The notes beneath the pieces are model-generated. The model saw only the letters and a program-made list of their open reading frames with translations, was not told the DNA's origin and searched no databases. Position numbers and translations under genes: made by a program. A DNA stretch of 64,000 nt from the human T2T-CHM13v2.0 reference genome, Homo sapiens. Position 1 is the first letter of the stretch. Every line of letters begins with the position of its first letter. The DNA lies in NCBI RefSeq assembly GCF_009914755.1, contig NC_060925.1. One strand, 5' to 3'. Below are positions 31,323 to 48,254 of this stretch, in pieces.

Positions 31323-33226
31323 TATTTAAATAAACTTATCAAGCTAAAAAAAATCTTTCTAAAAATTATTTCGAATACTATCTCTTCAAAAAAAGCATTT
31401 ATACAGAAATCATACTCCTTCTCAGTTTTACTTCCTTTTCAGTTGTATGCACTAGCATTCTAGAAAATATAAAAGACAGAGATAGAAGAGGAAAATCATC
31501 TTATCATTTTACATATATAGCTACCTATACAAGTAGAGTTACACCATTTTTCAAGAGATATGAGAAAGTAAAGAAACTTGGCTGAACTGTTAAAACTTAT
31601 GTAATTACCATGGGAATTTTTGCTAGAGAAAGAGTTTGAAATATTGTTCCTATATAATCTGATAATATTTTGGACAAGAGTTTAATTTATGAAATTATGG
31701 TGTAGAATCTCAAAACACAGTAATTCACAAATATATAATGTCAATTTGTTTTATTTTAGAAGCTCTCATGAACAATTATATTCTGAGAATTTTTATTATA
31801 AGACATATGCTTGAAAAAAACTGTGTGGGTGGCTCACTGTTGAGTGAAAATTCTACTGTACTTTACTGCTCTACAATCTTAGGAATGTTGGCAATTTTTA
31901 AGAGCAGATGTTCTTCTTGGCATCTACTGTAATATTTAGCATAAACAAAAGTACTGGACACATTAAGATGACCAAATAATAGGCTTTCCTCTCTTTGTAG
32001 TCTATTTAAAACTTAGAGGAAGGGGGTGGGGGAACCTAACTAAAACTATTATTACATTCAAGGCTTATAAAAACAACAGAGAAAATTAAATTTGTTGTCC
32101 TTTGGGCTTAGATTTCCATTACAGTCTTTATCTCACAGTATTACCAGAAATGACAACCCTCACAATTGTTTTTCTCTGAAGTGTTTCTTGCGGTCATTCC
32201 CAGTGTGCTCACTGAACATTCAGAAAGAAACTTGGGTGATCATTTTTCGCTTGTCTGTTATTTTTTTTTAATGGAGGAAAAGGGAATACATTATTTCTGA
32301 CCATATCAAAAATGAGATCCAGTGTTCATGCAACAAGCTCAAACAGTATTGTCATATAGCTCCATGTCAATAAATTAAGTTCTCTCTATTCTTAGTATTT
32401 TAAAACAAATGTTTTCGGCAAACATGGAAATGAAAGGTGCTCTATTTTTTAAAAACAAAGATATATCTTTGTTTTAGGGACAGAAGACAAGAATATGATA
32501 CAAGGACTCTCATATATTTATAGTATTCCTTCAGTAACTAGCTTCTGAAGTCCTACTGTATGTCAAGCACTGTTCTAGGCGCTGGAGAAAGCTTGATGAG
32601 AAGCACAGAATCGAAGTGTTCCAAGAGTTTTCCTGGACACTCAACTATTGTTGACCTTTGTCAAGTGTCTTATTCATTGGTCTTTACAAAAAGTCATCAA
32701 CAAAATACCTTATTGGTTGAGTAAGATTACTATATATGAAAGAAAATCCTTTGGTCTTCAAGTAGAAAAAAAAATCCTTTCAAAGGTTAACGTATCTGAT
32801 GCAAGCTGAATAATGAAATGTGGCATGCTGGCTTGATCAAAACACTAATTGCCAACTTTGATGCTCCTCCTCTGTTGAATACCCTTTAGGAATGCCTGAG
32901 GAAGCATCAAAGAAAAGAAATGTGAGGAAATCCACTTCTTTCATCTCTCAATAAGTTAAAAAAGAAAGCATAGTTAGATATTCCATAAATGTCCTTATAC
33001 AGATCAATTCACATAAGCCCAAAAATTAAGACATCAAGAAAATCTTTCTCATGTTGTGTTGGGGGTACAGGAATATCCTCACTTTTTTTTCAGCAAGCTT
33101 TAGTCTGGTAAGATAAATGTGCATTTAACGGATAGAGATTTCCTAACAGAGTCTAAATTTCTCATTTCAGATATCTAGAATTTTCTAAAGCAGGGGCCAA
33201 ATATTTGAACCTCAATATGAAAATAT

Positions 33227-33845
33227 ACTGCTGGTGGGAATGTAAAGTGGTACACCCACTTTAGGAAACAGTTCCTCGTTATTTTAAAAGCTCGAATATA
33301 TTTTAAAAGCTCACCTACCACATGACCTAGTCCTTCCTCTCCGAGATGTTTACCCAAGAGAAATGAAAGTACACAGGCTTATGCATGATGTTCAGAGCAA
33401 CTTTACGTACAATAACCAGAAACTGGAAACAAATCAAACCTCCATCAATAGGTAATGGATAAACAAATTTCAGTATATTCATATAATGGACTAAAACTCA
33501 AGAATCAAAAGAATCTAAAGAATAGACTATTGATACACGTGCAATATGGATGCATCTCAAAATAACTGCAGAGTGAAAGATGCCAAGCAATGAGAGTACA
33601 TATTATATGATTCAATTTATATAAAATTCTAAAAGCAAAACACTTATCTAGAATGAAAAAAAGCACATCAGTTGTTGCTTGAAGATGAAGATAAAGGCAA
33701 GGAGATTGGGGAGGAAGGATTATAAAAGGATATAAGGAAACATTTGAGAGTGATGGAAATGTTCATTATCTTGACTGTGATGATGGTTTCCCGGGTTCAT
33801 ATTATATCAAAACATTACACTGTAACACTATAAATATGCACAAAA
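33227..33845 (+). mobile_element. L1ME 3' region
   Basis: actgctggtgggaatgtaaagtggtac...gtgatggaaatgttcattatcttgactgtgatgatggttt. Confidence 0.75.
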
Positions 33846-35193
33846 CAACTATGGGCTGAGAGGTAAAAGACAAATGGTACAGATACATTATTTTCCTCAA
33901 ATGGCACATGGATCAGACTACATTTGACCACTTTCCCATGCAGACTATGGCTTATGGTACAAGCCCACTGCTTAAGCATCTCCACTAAACTACACAGATA
34001 TCTGTGTTCAGATTTAATTTTTAAAAGTTATTAAATTCATAAGCAAAAATTAATTGCACAGGCTCCTAGTAACTAATTTTTGGAATATAGTTTCATATTA
34101 GGAAATAAAGCCAATGAACAAAATTTATACTGTAATAAAATTGTTCTATTTAAATGTCACCTTGGCTACATTAAAAGGCTGAATTTTCCAGGGGTTTTAA
34201 ATAGTGGCAATGCTGACTCATAATGTAGGAGTTAAAACCAACATGATAACTATACAGAGTGACCCAAGGGAGTCATCATCATCAAGATGATCATAATAAT
34301 TAAGTGAGGCAGACTTAAGTAAACTTCAGAAAATGAGTATATTTGTTTTATTAAAAGTCTGATGTCCCAGTACAACAGATTTTAGGTTTTTCTGTACAAG
34401 GTCAGGGTTTGCATATCCTGTGAATAGAAACACTGAAAATTGATGATGTAGCTTTATGTAAAACACAACAGAGACCATTGTAATTGTGTTTGTTTTCTTG
34501 AAGAAACACCTAGCTTGTGGCTGGGTAAGGATGGAGGTCAGCCTGTACTCCTGGACCCCTAGTGCCTGGCACAGTGCCTGACAGTGCATAGATGGGACTC
34601 AATAAATGAAAACAGTGGTCTCCTTCAGAGCTGTCATTTAAAGTGCACCATACTGGGCTTTTAAACCAATCTACCTTAAGGCAGCTTCAAGAAATGCTAA
34701 ATTATGCATAATAAAAGCAACCAGTAGATTCATAATATTTGAAAACCAGTAGTTTTGAAGAAAGTATTAAGCATAAATAATATAGTAATAAGAGCACTAT
34801 AGTGATAATAATGTTTATAGTAATAAAAGTAATATAAACACTATATGAGGCACTATGCTAAGCAGTTTAATTGTTATTTCTTTTACTTCTCACAATAATG
34901 ATGTGAGATAGATGTTATTGTTATGATCACTATAGACCATACTAACCTATTACCTATGTACTTGTGCAGAGAGAGAACCACATCTTTCTTGTGCTCCACT
35001 ATGTACCCAGCACCAAGCATGGTTTCTAACATAACAGATATCTGTGAGTACATTATACTGTTGGCTACTGAACCTAAGTACCTGACTCAGTATTCCATGC
35101 CTTGTAAATAGCAAAGTCAGGACTCAAACTCGGGGCATTGAGACTTCAAGTTCCATTTGTTTGTAGTTCATTATTTATGCCAGTAAAAAACTA

Positions 35194-37610
<2,417 letters not shown>

Positions 37611-38499
37611 AAAAAACTAAATGTTCAATATGAAAATGGTTAAATGCATTTTGCTACAGTAACTCTATGGAGTTAATACAGCCATTAAAATGTTAATTTA
37701 AAAAACTAAATAGCTATATGGAAAATTGCTCATAGGATGATGGAAAAAAGAAAACAAAATTATATTTCTGCTTTGATTATAATTACGTAGAAATAATGTA
37801 CATATTAACAAGAACTGGGAGGAAGTAAAATATTAAGCAATGTATTGTATGGTGTTTGTGGGTAATATATTTAATTTCCATTGTTATTTAATGTAGCCTT
37901 CTTAAAATTACTTTTAAAAAAGCAAACAGTAGTATATGTTGATATTATGTGAAAACCACATTTTTAACCAGTGTGTTTGCATTTAAACACCACCTCAACC
38001 ATCCCTATTTCAAAAGAAAAATGGTACATTGTTGTTGAACAAGTAAACGTTAAGTTAAAACCCTATTAGATGATTAATTTGTAGCTTGGGCAAGGAACAG
38101 AGGGATTATAATATATCTAACAGAAAAAAGAGATGGTAATAAGCCTTCTCTGCCTTCTCAAGAGGCTATCCTCATAAATGCCTTTTATTTCTTTGCATCA
38201 TATCTACAAAGTGTACAAAGTATTGTTATGTTGACAACCCTTTGTAGGACATGGGAATTCTAGTAACCAAATTCCTCTTATGCCCTTATCTTCTTCAGCA
38301 GGTTCAACGCTAAAATTATTCACTCCTCATTTATAATCTTCAGGTGGAGGCTGATTGCCTAATACCCCCGGCATTCAAGGGGCTGTATTAACATGTATTC
38401 CTGCATCTTTCTTCCTCCCCCGTTTAATGACCTACCCTCCCACTCCAGTCACCACAGACTTAGACTGCTACAGTCTCCAGCAGAACACATCACTACTAC

Positions 38500-38750
38500 C
38501 AATAGAGATGTGGTGAGCATGGGGTAATAGCTCTCAATTTAGAGCATTTGAACCACATTAGCACCAGTAACCAGATTTAAATTAGAGTAAGTTACTTAAC
38601 ATTTCTTAACTTCAGTATTCTTGGCTGTAAAATGAGATCTGCAATGGAATTCAATTTATCGGATTAAGTAAAGATTGAGAAAATGTAAATAAAGTGCCTA
38701 GCCCATAATAAGCGCTCATTAATGTTAAACATTACTATAATCGTAGTAGT
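38500..38750 (+). mobile_element. MIR SINE
   Basis: aagttacttaacatttcttaacttcagtattcttggctgtaaaatgagat. Confidence 0.65.
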
Positions 38751-39099
38751 AATGGTAATATATTTCCTTATCAAGGCCCTCCAGCAACTCCTGGATGCTG
38801 CTTGCAGACTTCCTCTTGACTTTTAAAGCTCTTCACCATATTTTCATTTGCCTGATCTCTGTTTATATCTTCTTATGTTTTTCATTGATCTCTCACCTCT
38901 AAGTATGGTTAATTCTTAAAATTCTTCACTAGGCTTTAATAGGTATAGAAAAACAATTTGTTTAAAGAATGGATTAATATCACATCTTTTGCTCAGTCTT
39001 TAAATATTAATTTAATACTTAAGCAATTTTCCATTAAAATACAGAGAGACTCTCTGAGTGTTTGATATCAGAAGCCATTTAGTTGAGGTAGTGAATACA

Positions 39100-39835
39100 A
39101 AAAAAATCTGAGGAGAATGGGCTACTGCCATAGTTAAAGGCTTAAAGGACTGAGAAATGGTGGTCCCTGTTTATACACATTTAATTCATTAGTTTGGCTT
39201 TTGGAAAAACCAGGTGGATCCTGATAGATGACAGTGGACTAACACAAACATAACCAGCACTAGTCCCAGTTACAGCTTCTGTACCAGATCTGGTGTTTTT
39301 ACTAAAGCATGTGAATGAAGTCCCAGGGATGTCACACGTGCCTATTGATTTAGTAAATGTGTTCTAGTCAATATCCATTAGGAAAGGAGATCAGAAGCAC
39401 TTTGCATTCACTTGATGTGGACAAGTAAATAAAGTAAATATTAACGTTATTGAGGCAGAACTATGTCCTCTATCACAATATGAAGGGGCATGAACAATCT
39501 GTACACTCTGCAGAAAATCACATGAATATACTCTATTGATGACATCATGTAAATTGGACCCAATGAGTAAAAAGTGGCAAGTACTCTAGATGTCTTAATA
39601 AGAAACATACTCCCCAGAGTGAGGGAAATAAACATTATAAGGATATTAGAGCCTGCTATACCCATGAAGTTCTTTGGAGTTCACTGGTCTCAGGCACATT
39701 GGGACATTTCCTTCAAAATAAAGGACAAGTTACTATATTGCACATAAACTATCATAAACTAAACTGGCTGAGAGGCCTCTTCATTTTTTAGAAGCAGAGA
39801 ATTCCATACTTGGCAATACTGATCAATCTACTTAA
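39100..39835 (+). mobile_element. ERVL-class internal pol (reverse transcriptase) relic
   Basis: Decayed but colinear RT motifs: FNSLVWLLEKPGGS*xMTVD, IDLVNVF, KHFAFT, YSIDDIM (YIDD), KFFGVHWS, KIKDKLL and IPYLA. Confidence 0.85.
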
Positions 39836-39904
39836 GTGATGCAGAGACTCAAATATTTATTGCAATGAAATGACAGAGGCTATGTAGTCAGATTACTCTC
39901 TTTA

Positions 39905-40135
39905 AAGAGCAGTAAAGTGCAGGGGTTAAGATCACAGACTTTGGAATCACCATATCCACATTCAGAACCTAGCTCCACCACTTAACTATCTTGTGTGACT
40001 TGAGGAAGTTACTTTCCCTCTCTGGTCCTCAGCTTTCTCATCTGTAATGTGAAGATAATAATGATGCTTGTGACAAAGTCGTAAAGACTATTGTGGACTT
40101 CTACATCTGGCACAGATAATGTTAGCTATTGTTTT
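39905..40135 (+). mobile_element. MIR SINE
   Basis: ggttaagatcacagactttggaatca...tgtgacttgaggaagttactttccctctctggtcctcagctttctcatctgtaa. Confidence 0.8.
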
Positions 40136-40149
40136 TATTATATTGGAAA

Positions 40150-40800
40150 TGTCTCCCTTCTAAGTAGGCTGGGTATTTTGAAGAGAAGGGACAGAGAAGG
40201 GAAGGCCTAATGTAAACATTAATACTCATGAGCTTATTTTAGTGAATGGGATTTTAAAAAAAGGTTAAGAATTACTTTAACAAAAGAAAAGGTGGAAGAT
40301 TAGTTCTTAAATATAATACATGAAGAAGGTCAGAGTCTGATAGAAAGAAAGAGATACCCAGAAATAAAGAAGGAGGCCCAAACAAAGAAGGGGTGAAGGT
40401 GACCAGGAGAGATGTGATAAGTAATAACAAAGGACAGGCAGAAAGGACAAATTAGAAAGACCTTGAAGTTAAAAGAAGAAAAGAGAGTGTGAGAAGGCCA
40501 GCAACAGATTTCAGGTGGCAGAGGGCATGTGCCAGTGAAGAATAAACAGCAGGGCCTTTGTAGAGGGGACCAACTGTTGACAGGAAAAAGAGAAGATTCA
40601 GAGTCCAGGGTTGGGAGAATTATAATTTAGAAGCACATTCTGTTATTGCAGCTGCAAGCATCAGCACTCTGGTAAGGTCATGAGAATATGAGAAGCTGAT
40701 TAACGAAGAGAAGAGGTCATCAGAGTCACTGAGGAAAATAAGTGCAAAAATGGTTGACAAAAGCACATCCACGTGATCAAGAAGTTGATGGGAACTAAAC
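40150..40800 (-). mobile_element. L2 ORF2 endonuclease-region relic
   Basis: Minus frame HVDVLLST...DDLFSS...SYSHDLTRVLM resembles L2 EN HVDDPSNT...NDL...THSHGHTLDLV; the + strand is purine-rich. Confidence 0.45.
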
Positions 40801-41089
40801 AAAACTGGCGCTATTAAGGCCCAAGCATATTTAGTCAGTAAATGTAATCCTCCTAAATGTCATTTGTTTTAATGATTCCCATTGGTGTGGCTTTTAACAG
40901 ACAACCTGTCCAAGGTTGATCGTCTGACTTTAAATGTGCAGAGAAAATGCAGAGTTGATTTACACAAACCAGAAAACTGTATCAAGGCCTGAGCTCATTG
41001 TGATCAAATAACAATTTTGTTCCTCTAACACTGCCTAAAAGGGTTATAGAGTAAGACTCCGTGAGTTGGTGTCAGCTGTGTGTGTGCAA

Positions 41090-41250
41090 CCACCAACCTT
41101 GCTTAACTCCTCCAAGCCTCAGTTCCCTCATCTGTGAAATTAGAATAATAAGAGCAACTACTTCAATGACTGTTATAAAAATTAGATGAGTAAACATATG
41201 TAAAGTGCTCAAACCAGCACCAGTCTCAAAGTAAACACCATGTAAGTGTC
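41090..41250 (+). mobile_element. MIR SINE
   Basis: gcttaactcctccaagcctcagttccctcatctgtgaaattagaataata. Confidence 0.75.
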
Positions 41251-41666
41251 CAATAGCATAATCTTTATAGGGGATGTTAGCTCTCTTTCAAACTGACTGA
41301 TTAGATTCATTCTATTAACTCTTAGTTATGGGATAATGTATTTTAAGACGAAAGGTTTCATTAAGTTCCTTTTTCTTAATAATTATTTTATTTGTTTATA
41401 AAAATAGATAAAAATGACAGGAAGGGAGGCAAGGTATTGAGCCATAACAACAGTTCTCAGAAGTGTCCAGATATGATCATCACCCTTAAGCCATCAAAAC
41501 AACATTCACACACACCATCCCATTTGTCATATTCCCCAAGTGAGTTATAAGGACCTGAATCTCTTCACATAAAAGACTTAGATTTATGTTGGTCCTACAA
41601 GGGCAAACACACATTAACTGCATCTCAGAACATTTTTTAATTTCAATGAAATGGGTTCCTGAATGA

Positions 41667-42020
<354 letters not shown>

Positions 42021-42859
42021 GTGCTTTGGTACTTTTTAGCAAAGTTCGAAACAATAAATGAAGGTGTCGTATCAGAGCTTCCTTCCTCTGGTGCAGCAGA
42101 GACTCCCGGAGGCATTTTTTCAAAATAACAGGGACCACATAAGCAGAATATTCTCTCCGAAGTGGTAGAGATTAGTCCCTGAAATGATGGCTCGCTGGGG
42201 AAAAGCCTTCAGCCAAACTTTCTCCCCCACAAACACACACCCCAGGGACACACCCTTGTAATATTTCCAGCTGAACAGAGGTTGCCACAAGATATATGAT
42301 CTTTCAGTAAAAAATTTTCTTATCAACAAATACCTCCCCCAAAGTCTAATGGCTATGAAGCAGAGGTGCTACTTTACCTCCTAAGAAGTTGGAAACTCCT
42401 TTTCCAAACATGGAAAATATTCAAGCAAAAATTTCCATGGTTATTCATAACATCAGAAAGTAAAACCATGAAATATTAGGGGTTCTTGCCTAAGGCAGTC
42501 TCGATTTCTTTTTTTCTAACATGAGAATTATTATTTTAGAGTATTTCTCATGTTAGTTGCATGATCATTAAGTAATTACTCAGAATCTAGCCTTAGAGGA
42601 AAAATTCATCTAAATAGGTATTCCCTAAAGATTTGAAATAAGCATAGGTAAAGGTCAATAACAGAACTCTATTTAGATGAAACAAATATCAGAGTATTGG
42701 CAGGTTACAAAGAGAATATTTGAATCACAATTTTATAATTACTGGGGAGATGTTGCTCTTCCCTCACAGTAGGACTATTTGCCACAAAAGTGCAGGATAT
42801 GGCAATAGATATGCCTATTAGGTCAGGTCAGTGGTCATTTCATTACATCCCCTTTAACT

Positions 42860-43897
42860 AAATTCCACATGCCTCATGAGTCTGAGCCATCCCAGGATAA
42901 ATCTGCAGTGCCCGTCTGCTCACCAACCCTTCCACAATTCCTCCTAGTTGTCTCTCATTTGGCAGTTCCACTAGTCCTATTACCACCATTCCCTGATTCC
43001 CTGGCTCCCATTTTGCTTCCATCTGTTGGGTCTGATTCTCCATTAAAGCCCTTGGATTGATGCCCAAGTAACCAACCTTTGACAACATTCCAGGACACCA
43101 CTTCATTCTTCCGTGCTCTAGTTTCCCAGACAGTGCATTCACCCATATAGCACCCATCCGGATTTAGCCTGACACAAACCGGACCTTCTGACCAGGAGAG
43201 TGGGAGGGAAGTTTCAAAAAAACATTGCAATTTCAGCAGGCTGGATACAAAATAGTGCCTACGAGATAGACTCATCTCCAACTAGATTTAAAGCAGATTG
43301 TCTGTGACCACGAGGTCTCAAAGAGATGGTGAATTTCAAGCGGCAGTCTACAAGTGATAGGTAGTATCAGTCCTTGTACACAGGGTCCTAAGCAATTTTG
43401 TGGGGGTCGCTGGCAAGATTTTTGTCCTTTGAAGAGGGAACTGCCTGGAAAAACACTATGCCTCAGTCCCAGGTTGGAGGAAAATAAGAGACAAGGTGAT
43501 TACAATAACTGTAACTGGGGTAGTGGGATTGAGGCTTTAATCCCAGTTGTAAGAACTGGGGCACACAGGTCCACAATTGTGGTGATGATGGTGTCCCATA
43601 TCAGAGCACCTGGCTCACATAACCAGCTTAGGATAGCCAGAAGCTCTACCCTTAATACCACTCCCAGACCCCTCTTGAGGTGCCTGGGAATATAAGCTTT
43701 TTGATGATTAAGTAGTCTTTGGTGCTAGAACATGTCAGTGACCTCAATCCATTACTACATTCAGGAAAACACAATCCAGTTGCAGTGGAGGTTACAGTAG
43801 AGACAGGATGAGCTGTTCCCAAGTCTGGCTATGCAAAGATCTTTCCCTTCAGCCCCATCCTGTTTCCTCCCACTCCTGATTCTGGTGCTAAAATCTC
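42860..43897 (-). mobile_element. Old ERVL-class internal 5'/gag relic
   Basis: Minus strand begins gattttagcaccagaatcaggagtggg, like an ERVL/MaLR internal start or PBS. 43692-43647 reads YSQAPQE-VWEW-LRV across frameshifts, like the ERVL gag motif YxQxPGExVWEWILRV. Confidence 0.5.
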
Positions 43898-44254
43898 AAG
43901 TAGAGAAAGATTTACTCAGAGCTGCCATCAAACTCCCACCCAAGCGTAGGTTGCCAGTAGGCAGATAGGCTTAGCACTTATGCAGTTCCCATGAAAAGAG
44001 AAGCTTCTGTCTGTTTTATTATTTAGTTTAGTCAGACAGATAGAAATCTCAGATGACGCTGATATGAGTAATGAAGTAATGTATAAACTGTTTGCCAGCA
44101 AACTGTTCCTCCTGTAATCTGCCATGTTACATCTATAGGAATGCTCTAAGCAAGTTTTATTATCAGCACACAAATAATAAGTGCAAAGGGGAAAATTAAT
44201 CATCTTATATTATCTTTTTAAATTGGTTTTAAGTAAGGGTTTTTAATTCCCCAT

Positions 44255-44360
44255 GAGGGTGACTGGCATTTCCTGTTTTGCCTGGGGCCTTCCTGGTTTG
44301 ATTAGCTATGTCCCAGGAAAACCCTCAGTCCCCTGCAAGCCAAGATGGCTGATCGTCCCA
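44255..44360. mobile_element. MER81-like hAT-Blackjack MITE
   Basis: agggtgactggcatttcctgttttgcctgggg...gtcccaggaaaaccctcagtcccctgcaagccaagatggctgatcgtccc, with decayed terminal inverted repeats. Confidence 0.7.
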
Positions 44361-44759
44361 TCTGGAATTGTAAAACTTGGATTGGAGTTCACGACATCAT
44401 AGATTAACCATGTGGTTTGGGGCATATCAGTTGACATATCCTATCTTCAGATTTAATCTAGGATAATATTAGGACCTACACAAAGCATTCTCTTGATCTT
44501 TTTATTGTACCAGAACTTCTCAACCAAGGAAGAGGAGTCAACACCAAACCAAACAAACCCTGAGTAGTGCCAAAATTTGCCCTCTCCCTTCTGTCCTTTA
44601 TTAAGAACAGGGAAAAGGTTGAAAAACAGGGGCCAACAACAGTTGAGGAGCTTCAAATAGTTCAGTATTGGCTAGGGAATTTATTCATCTTTAGTAAGAA
44701 TTTAACATGTTTCAAATAATAGCTATTTATTTATTTACAAATATATTTGCCCATTTGCA

Positions 44760-47745
44760 GCAAGGCATTTCTCCTACTCCAGCCCCCTCTGGCATTACTG
44801 TCTCACCTAAGGGAAGTAAAAAGGCTAAGAAACACAGTCACCACCCAGGAACTCAGGCCCACCAAAAACTGAAATTTAATCATCAGATTATAGAATATGT
44901 TCCCTCTCTCATACCTTACTACCACTGCAATAGGCCTCCAGTATAATAACAGTAGATTAAAACTGAAACAACTGCAAGATTCAGATTTTCCCTCAGAAGA
45001 GGTACTTAGGGAAGCCCAAAGTCAACAAAACAAACAAAAATAAGGATAATAAAGGAATTTAAAGCCTCTGGCACCTACAACTGTAACAGACATTAAACTT
45101 GGCACAAGTTCTGGCCAGATTTACATAACCTCAAAGTTAAAGTGTAGTATTTACCTCAGCTCCTACCACTCAATATATTATATCTATCCTCAACAAAATA
45201 ATACAAAGCATTCTAGGAAAAAACACAGTCTGAATAGACAAAGCAAGCATCAGAACCAGACTCAGATATAACATAGATTTTGGAATTACCAGATAGGGAA
45301 TTTAAAATAACTATGACTTAATGTTAAGGGCTCCAATGGCAAAATTAAACAACGTGCAAGAACAGGTGGGCACATCATGCCTGCTGTTAACAATACTGTA
45401 TTGTACATTAAAATTAGCAGTTAACAATACTGTATTGTACATTAAAAATTTTGATTAATGTTTTTAAGTAAAAATGGACAATGTAAGTAAAAAGATGAAA
45501 ATTCTAGAAAGGAACCAAAAGAAAATGCTAGAATCTTTAAAAATTACGACAGAAATGAAGAATGTTTTTGATGGGCTTATCAGGAGACTAACCACAGCCA
45601 AGAAGAGCATCAATAAGCTTGAAGACATGATAATAGAAACTTCCCAAACCGAAAGGCAAAGGTAAAACAGAACAAAATTAAAAAGAATGAAGAATCCATA
45701 ACAGAATATCCAAAAACTGTGGAAGATCTCAAAAGGTGTAGCAAATGGATTGGAATACCAGAAGAAGAAAGAAGAGAGCAAATGAAATGTGTAAAGTAAT
45801 GTCTGAGAACTTTCCAAAATTAGTGATAGACACCAAACCACAGATCTGGGAAGCTCAAAAAACACCAACCAGTATAAATACTAAAGCAACAAACAAAACT
45901 TCAGTATAACTAGATATATCATATTCAAACTTCAGAAAACCAAAGACAAAGAGAAAATCTTGAAAGAACCTAGAAGAGAGGACAAATACCTTACCCATAG
46001 AAGAATAAGAATTACATTGGAATTCTAGTCAGAAACCACGCATACCCCTGCACACCTATTACAATGGCTAAAATCCTAAAAGAAATGACAATACAGATTA
46101 CTGTCAAGGATGCAGAGCGACAGGAACTCTCACTCTTTGCTGGTGGTAATAAAAAATAGTGCATCCGTTTTGGAAGACAGTGTGTCAGTTTCCTACAAAG
46201 CTAAATGTAATCTTACTATAATATCTGGCAATCACACTCCTAGATATTTAGGATGTATGTAAATATTTATAGCAGCTTAAGTCATTTTAAAAATCTATAG
46301 AAAATATTTTTAAAAAGTGATTGCCAGACTATAAGGGGGAGGAACAGGGGAGGAGCATGAGGTAGGAAGAATTAAATAAGTGAGGTAGAGTGGAATTTTT
46401 ACACCATAAAACTATTTTGTTTCATACTATAATGATGGACACATGACACCATGCATTTGTGGAAACTCATAGAACTTTACAACACAAAGAGTGAACATGA
46501 ATGTATGTAAATTTTTAAAAATTGTTTAGGAGGTTGGGGGATTACAGGATGAAATACAGAACATGACAAGACAATCTAACTGTATTGCAAATGGATGAAA
46601 CAACCTCACTGAAGGAAAAGGTGGGGGTGAGTTATTGATCAAAGAAACTTTGAAAATTAGTGGAGTCTAAGACTAATGGGAAAAGAAACTATTCTGAAGT
46701 ACAGTACTCTAATACATTTGTTTCACAGAGGAGTATTGGTTAACAATTCTAATACTGCTATATATGCATAATGGCACTGAACAATTAAATAAGTGGATAT
46801 AAGGTCGGGGGCAACCCAGTTTTCTCACTGTTGGGGTGGGAGTTTGGAAGTAAGCAAGAATACTTTTCGAAGTGGAAGAACAGAAACTGATAAATGTAAT
46901 AAACAAAAAATGAACTAAAAATAAATTTTAAAAACAAACAAAAAATAATAAAAAGAAGAGGCTAGAATGGTTTATGTGATAGTGGATTACAGTTGAAGAT
47001 ATCAGTACTCACGGTAGCTTTACAGAGATCAGATGGTTACATAAGCATTTATAGATATATATATATATGAGTTCGTATATACACATATATCCTTGTTCTG
47101 TCTGCTGAGAAGGCTTAGAAGCAATGATATCCAGTAGCAAAAAACACACCTATCATTGTGATTTGGGTTTTTAATACTATTCTAACAAAAGGAACAGTGT
47201 TCCTTAGAGAAATGGTTGACTCTAGAACTGGGGCAGGAAATATACAACATGAGCCTGGAGTACATTATTGTGTCAAAAAGTAAGAAAGTGTGAAGAACAC
47301 ACACACACACACACAATGATGGGAGTATGTCAAAGGGACACAAGAGTCAACTGAAAGTGTTCCCAGTGGCCAAAGGTGAAAAAATTTGAGCAACAAAACA
47401 AGTAGAGTAGTATTGGATTATAACCTGAAGTATAAAGTAAATATCCATGAGTTCAAATTGATATCAATAAACAATTGATTGAATACATAAATAAATGGGA
47501 GGGAAGGGACAAACATCCCACATAAAAGTATTCCAAATAGTTTGTGTAAATACTGTGCTGTCAGGGAGGTGCATCATAACTCCCCACTCCTTCAGTGTGG
47601 GCTTCACATATTGACTTCCTTTCAAAGAGAAGTCTATATGGAAAAAAGGAAATGGAAATGGAGAACACGAGAATAACTTTACAACAGAGAAAACTGACAA
47701 ACACTACCTCAGTCAGGTGACTTAAGTTCACTTCAGCAATGATAC
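44760..47745 (+). mobile_element. L1MC/L1MD-type element: 5' region and ORF1 joined at ~46040 to the ORF2 end and 3'UTR
   Basis: ORF1-like frame 45474-45665 (ITTEMKNVFDGLIRRL...LED). Abrupt jump to cacacctattacaatggctaaaat, then a long L1MC/MD 3'UTR. Confidence 0.75.
45383..45450. repeat. 34-bp tandem duplication inside a short L1 3'-end insert
   Basis: gttaacaatactgtattgtacattaaaa occurs twice with period 34. Confidence 0.9.
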
Positions 47746-47749
47746 ATCC

Positions 47750-48235
47750 CAAAATGGCAGGACAGGCACAGGATTCCCATTCCAAAAGAGAGCAACAGCA
47801 AAGAAGAAAGGGGAAACAGGTTCCAAGTAAGTACAAAACCCAATGGGAAAAACAACACTAAATTCTAAGGCTTGAGAATAATCTCCTTTGATTCCCTGTC
47901 CTGACTTCTAAGAACACTGGGGTGGAGGGTTGGTTCCCCAAGGCCTTGGCCAGCCCCTCCCCCAGGTTTTGCTGGGCTCAGCTCATGCAGCAGTTATCAT
48001 GGGTTGGAGTCTCAAGCCTGCAGCCCTCCCAGGCTGGTGTTGCACGCTGGTTGCTCTACAATTCTGGGCACCTACCCCAATGGTTCCACTAGGCATTGCC
48101 CTCTGGTGGAACTCTCTGCAGTGGTTCTGCCCCATGGCAGGTCTCTGCAGCATCCTTTGAAATCTAGAGGGAGGCAGGCATGCCTCCATAGCTCATGCAC
48201 TCATGCGCCAGCATGTGGATGCTGCCAAGAGTCCT
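47750..48235 (-). mobile_element. MaLR internal sequence (MLT1A/MST-int-like)
   Basis: aaggcttgagaataatctcctttgattccctgtcc...tccactaggcattgccct...tttgaaatctagagggaggcag. Confidence 0.75.
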
Positions 48236-48254
48236 CACTCTTGATCTTAAAATC

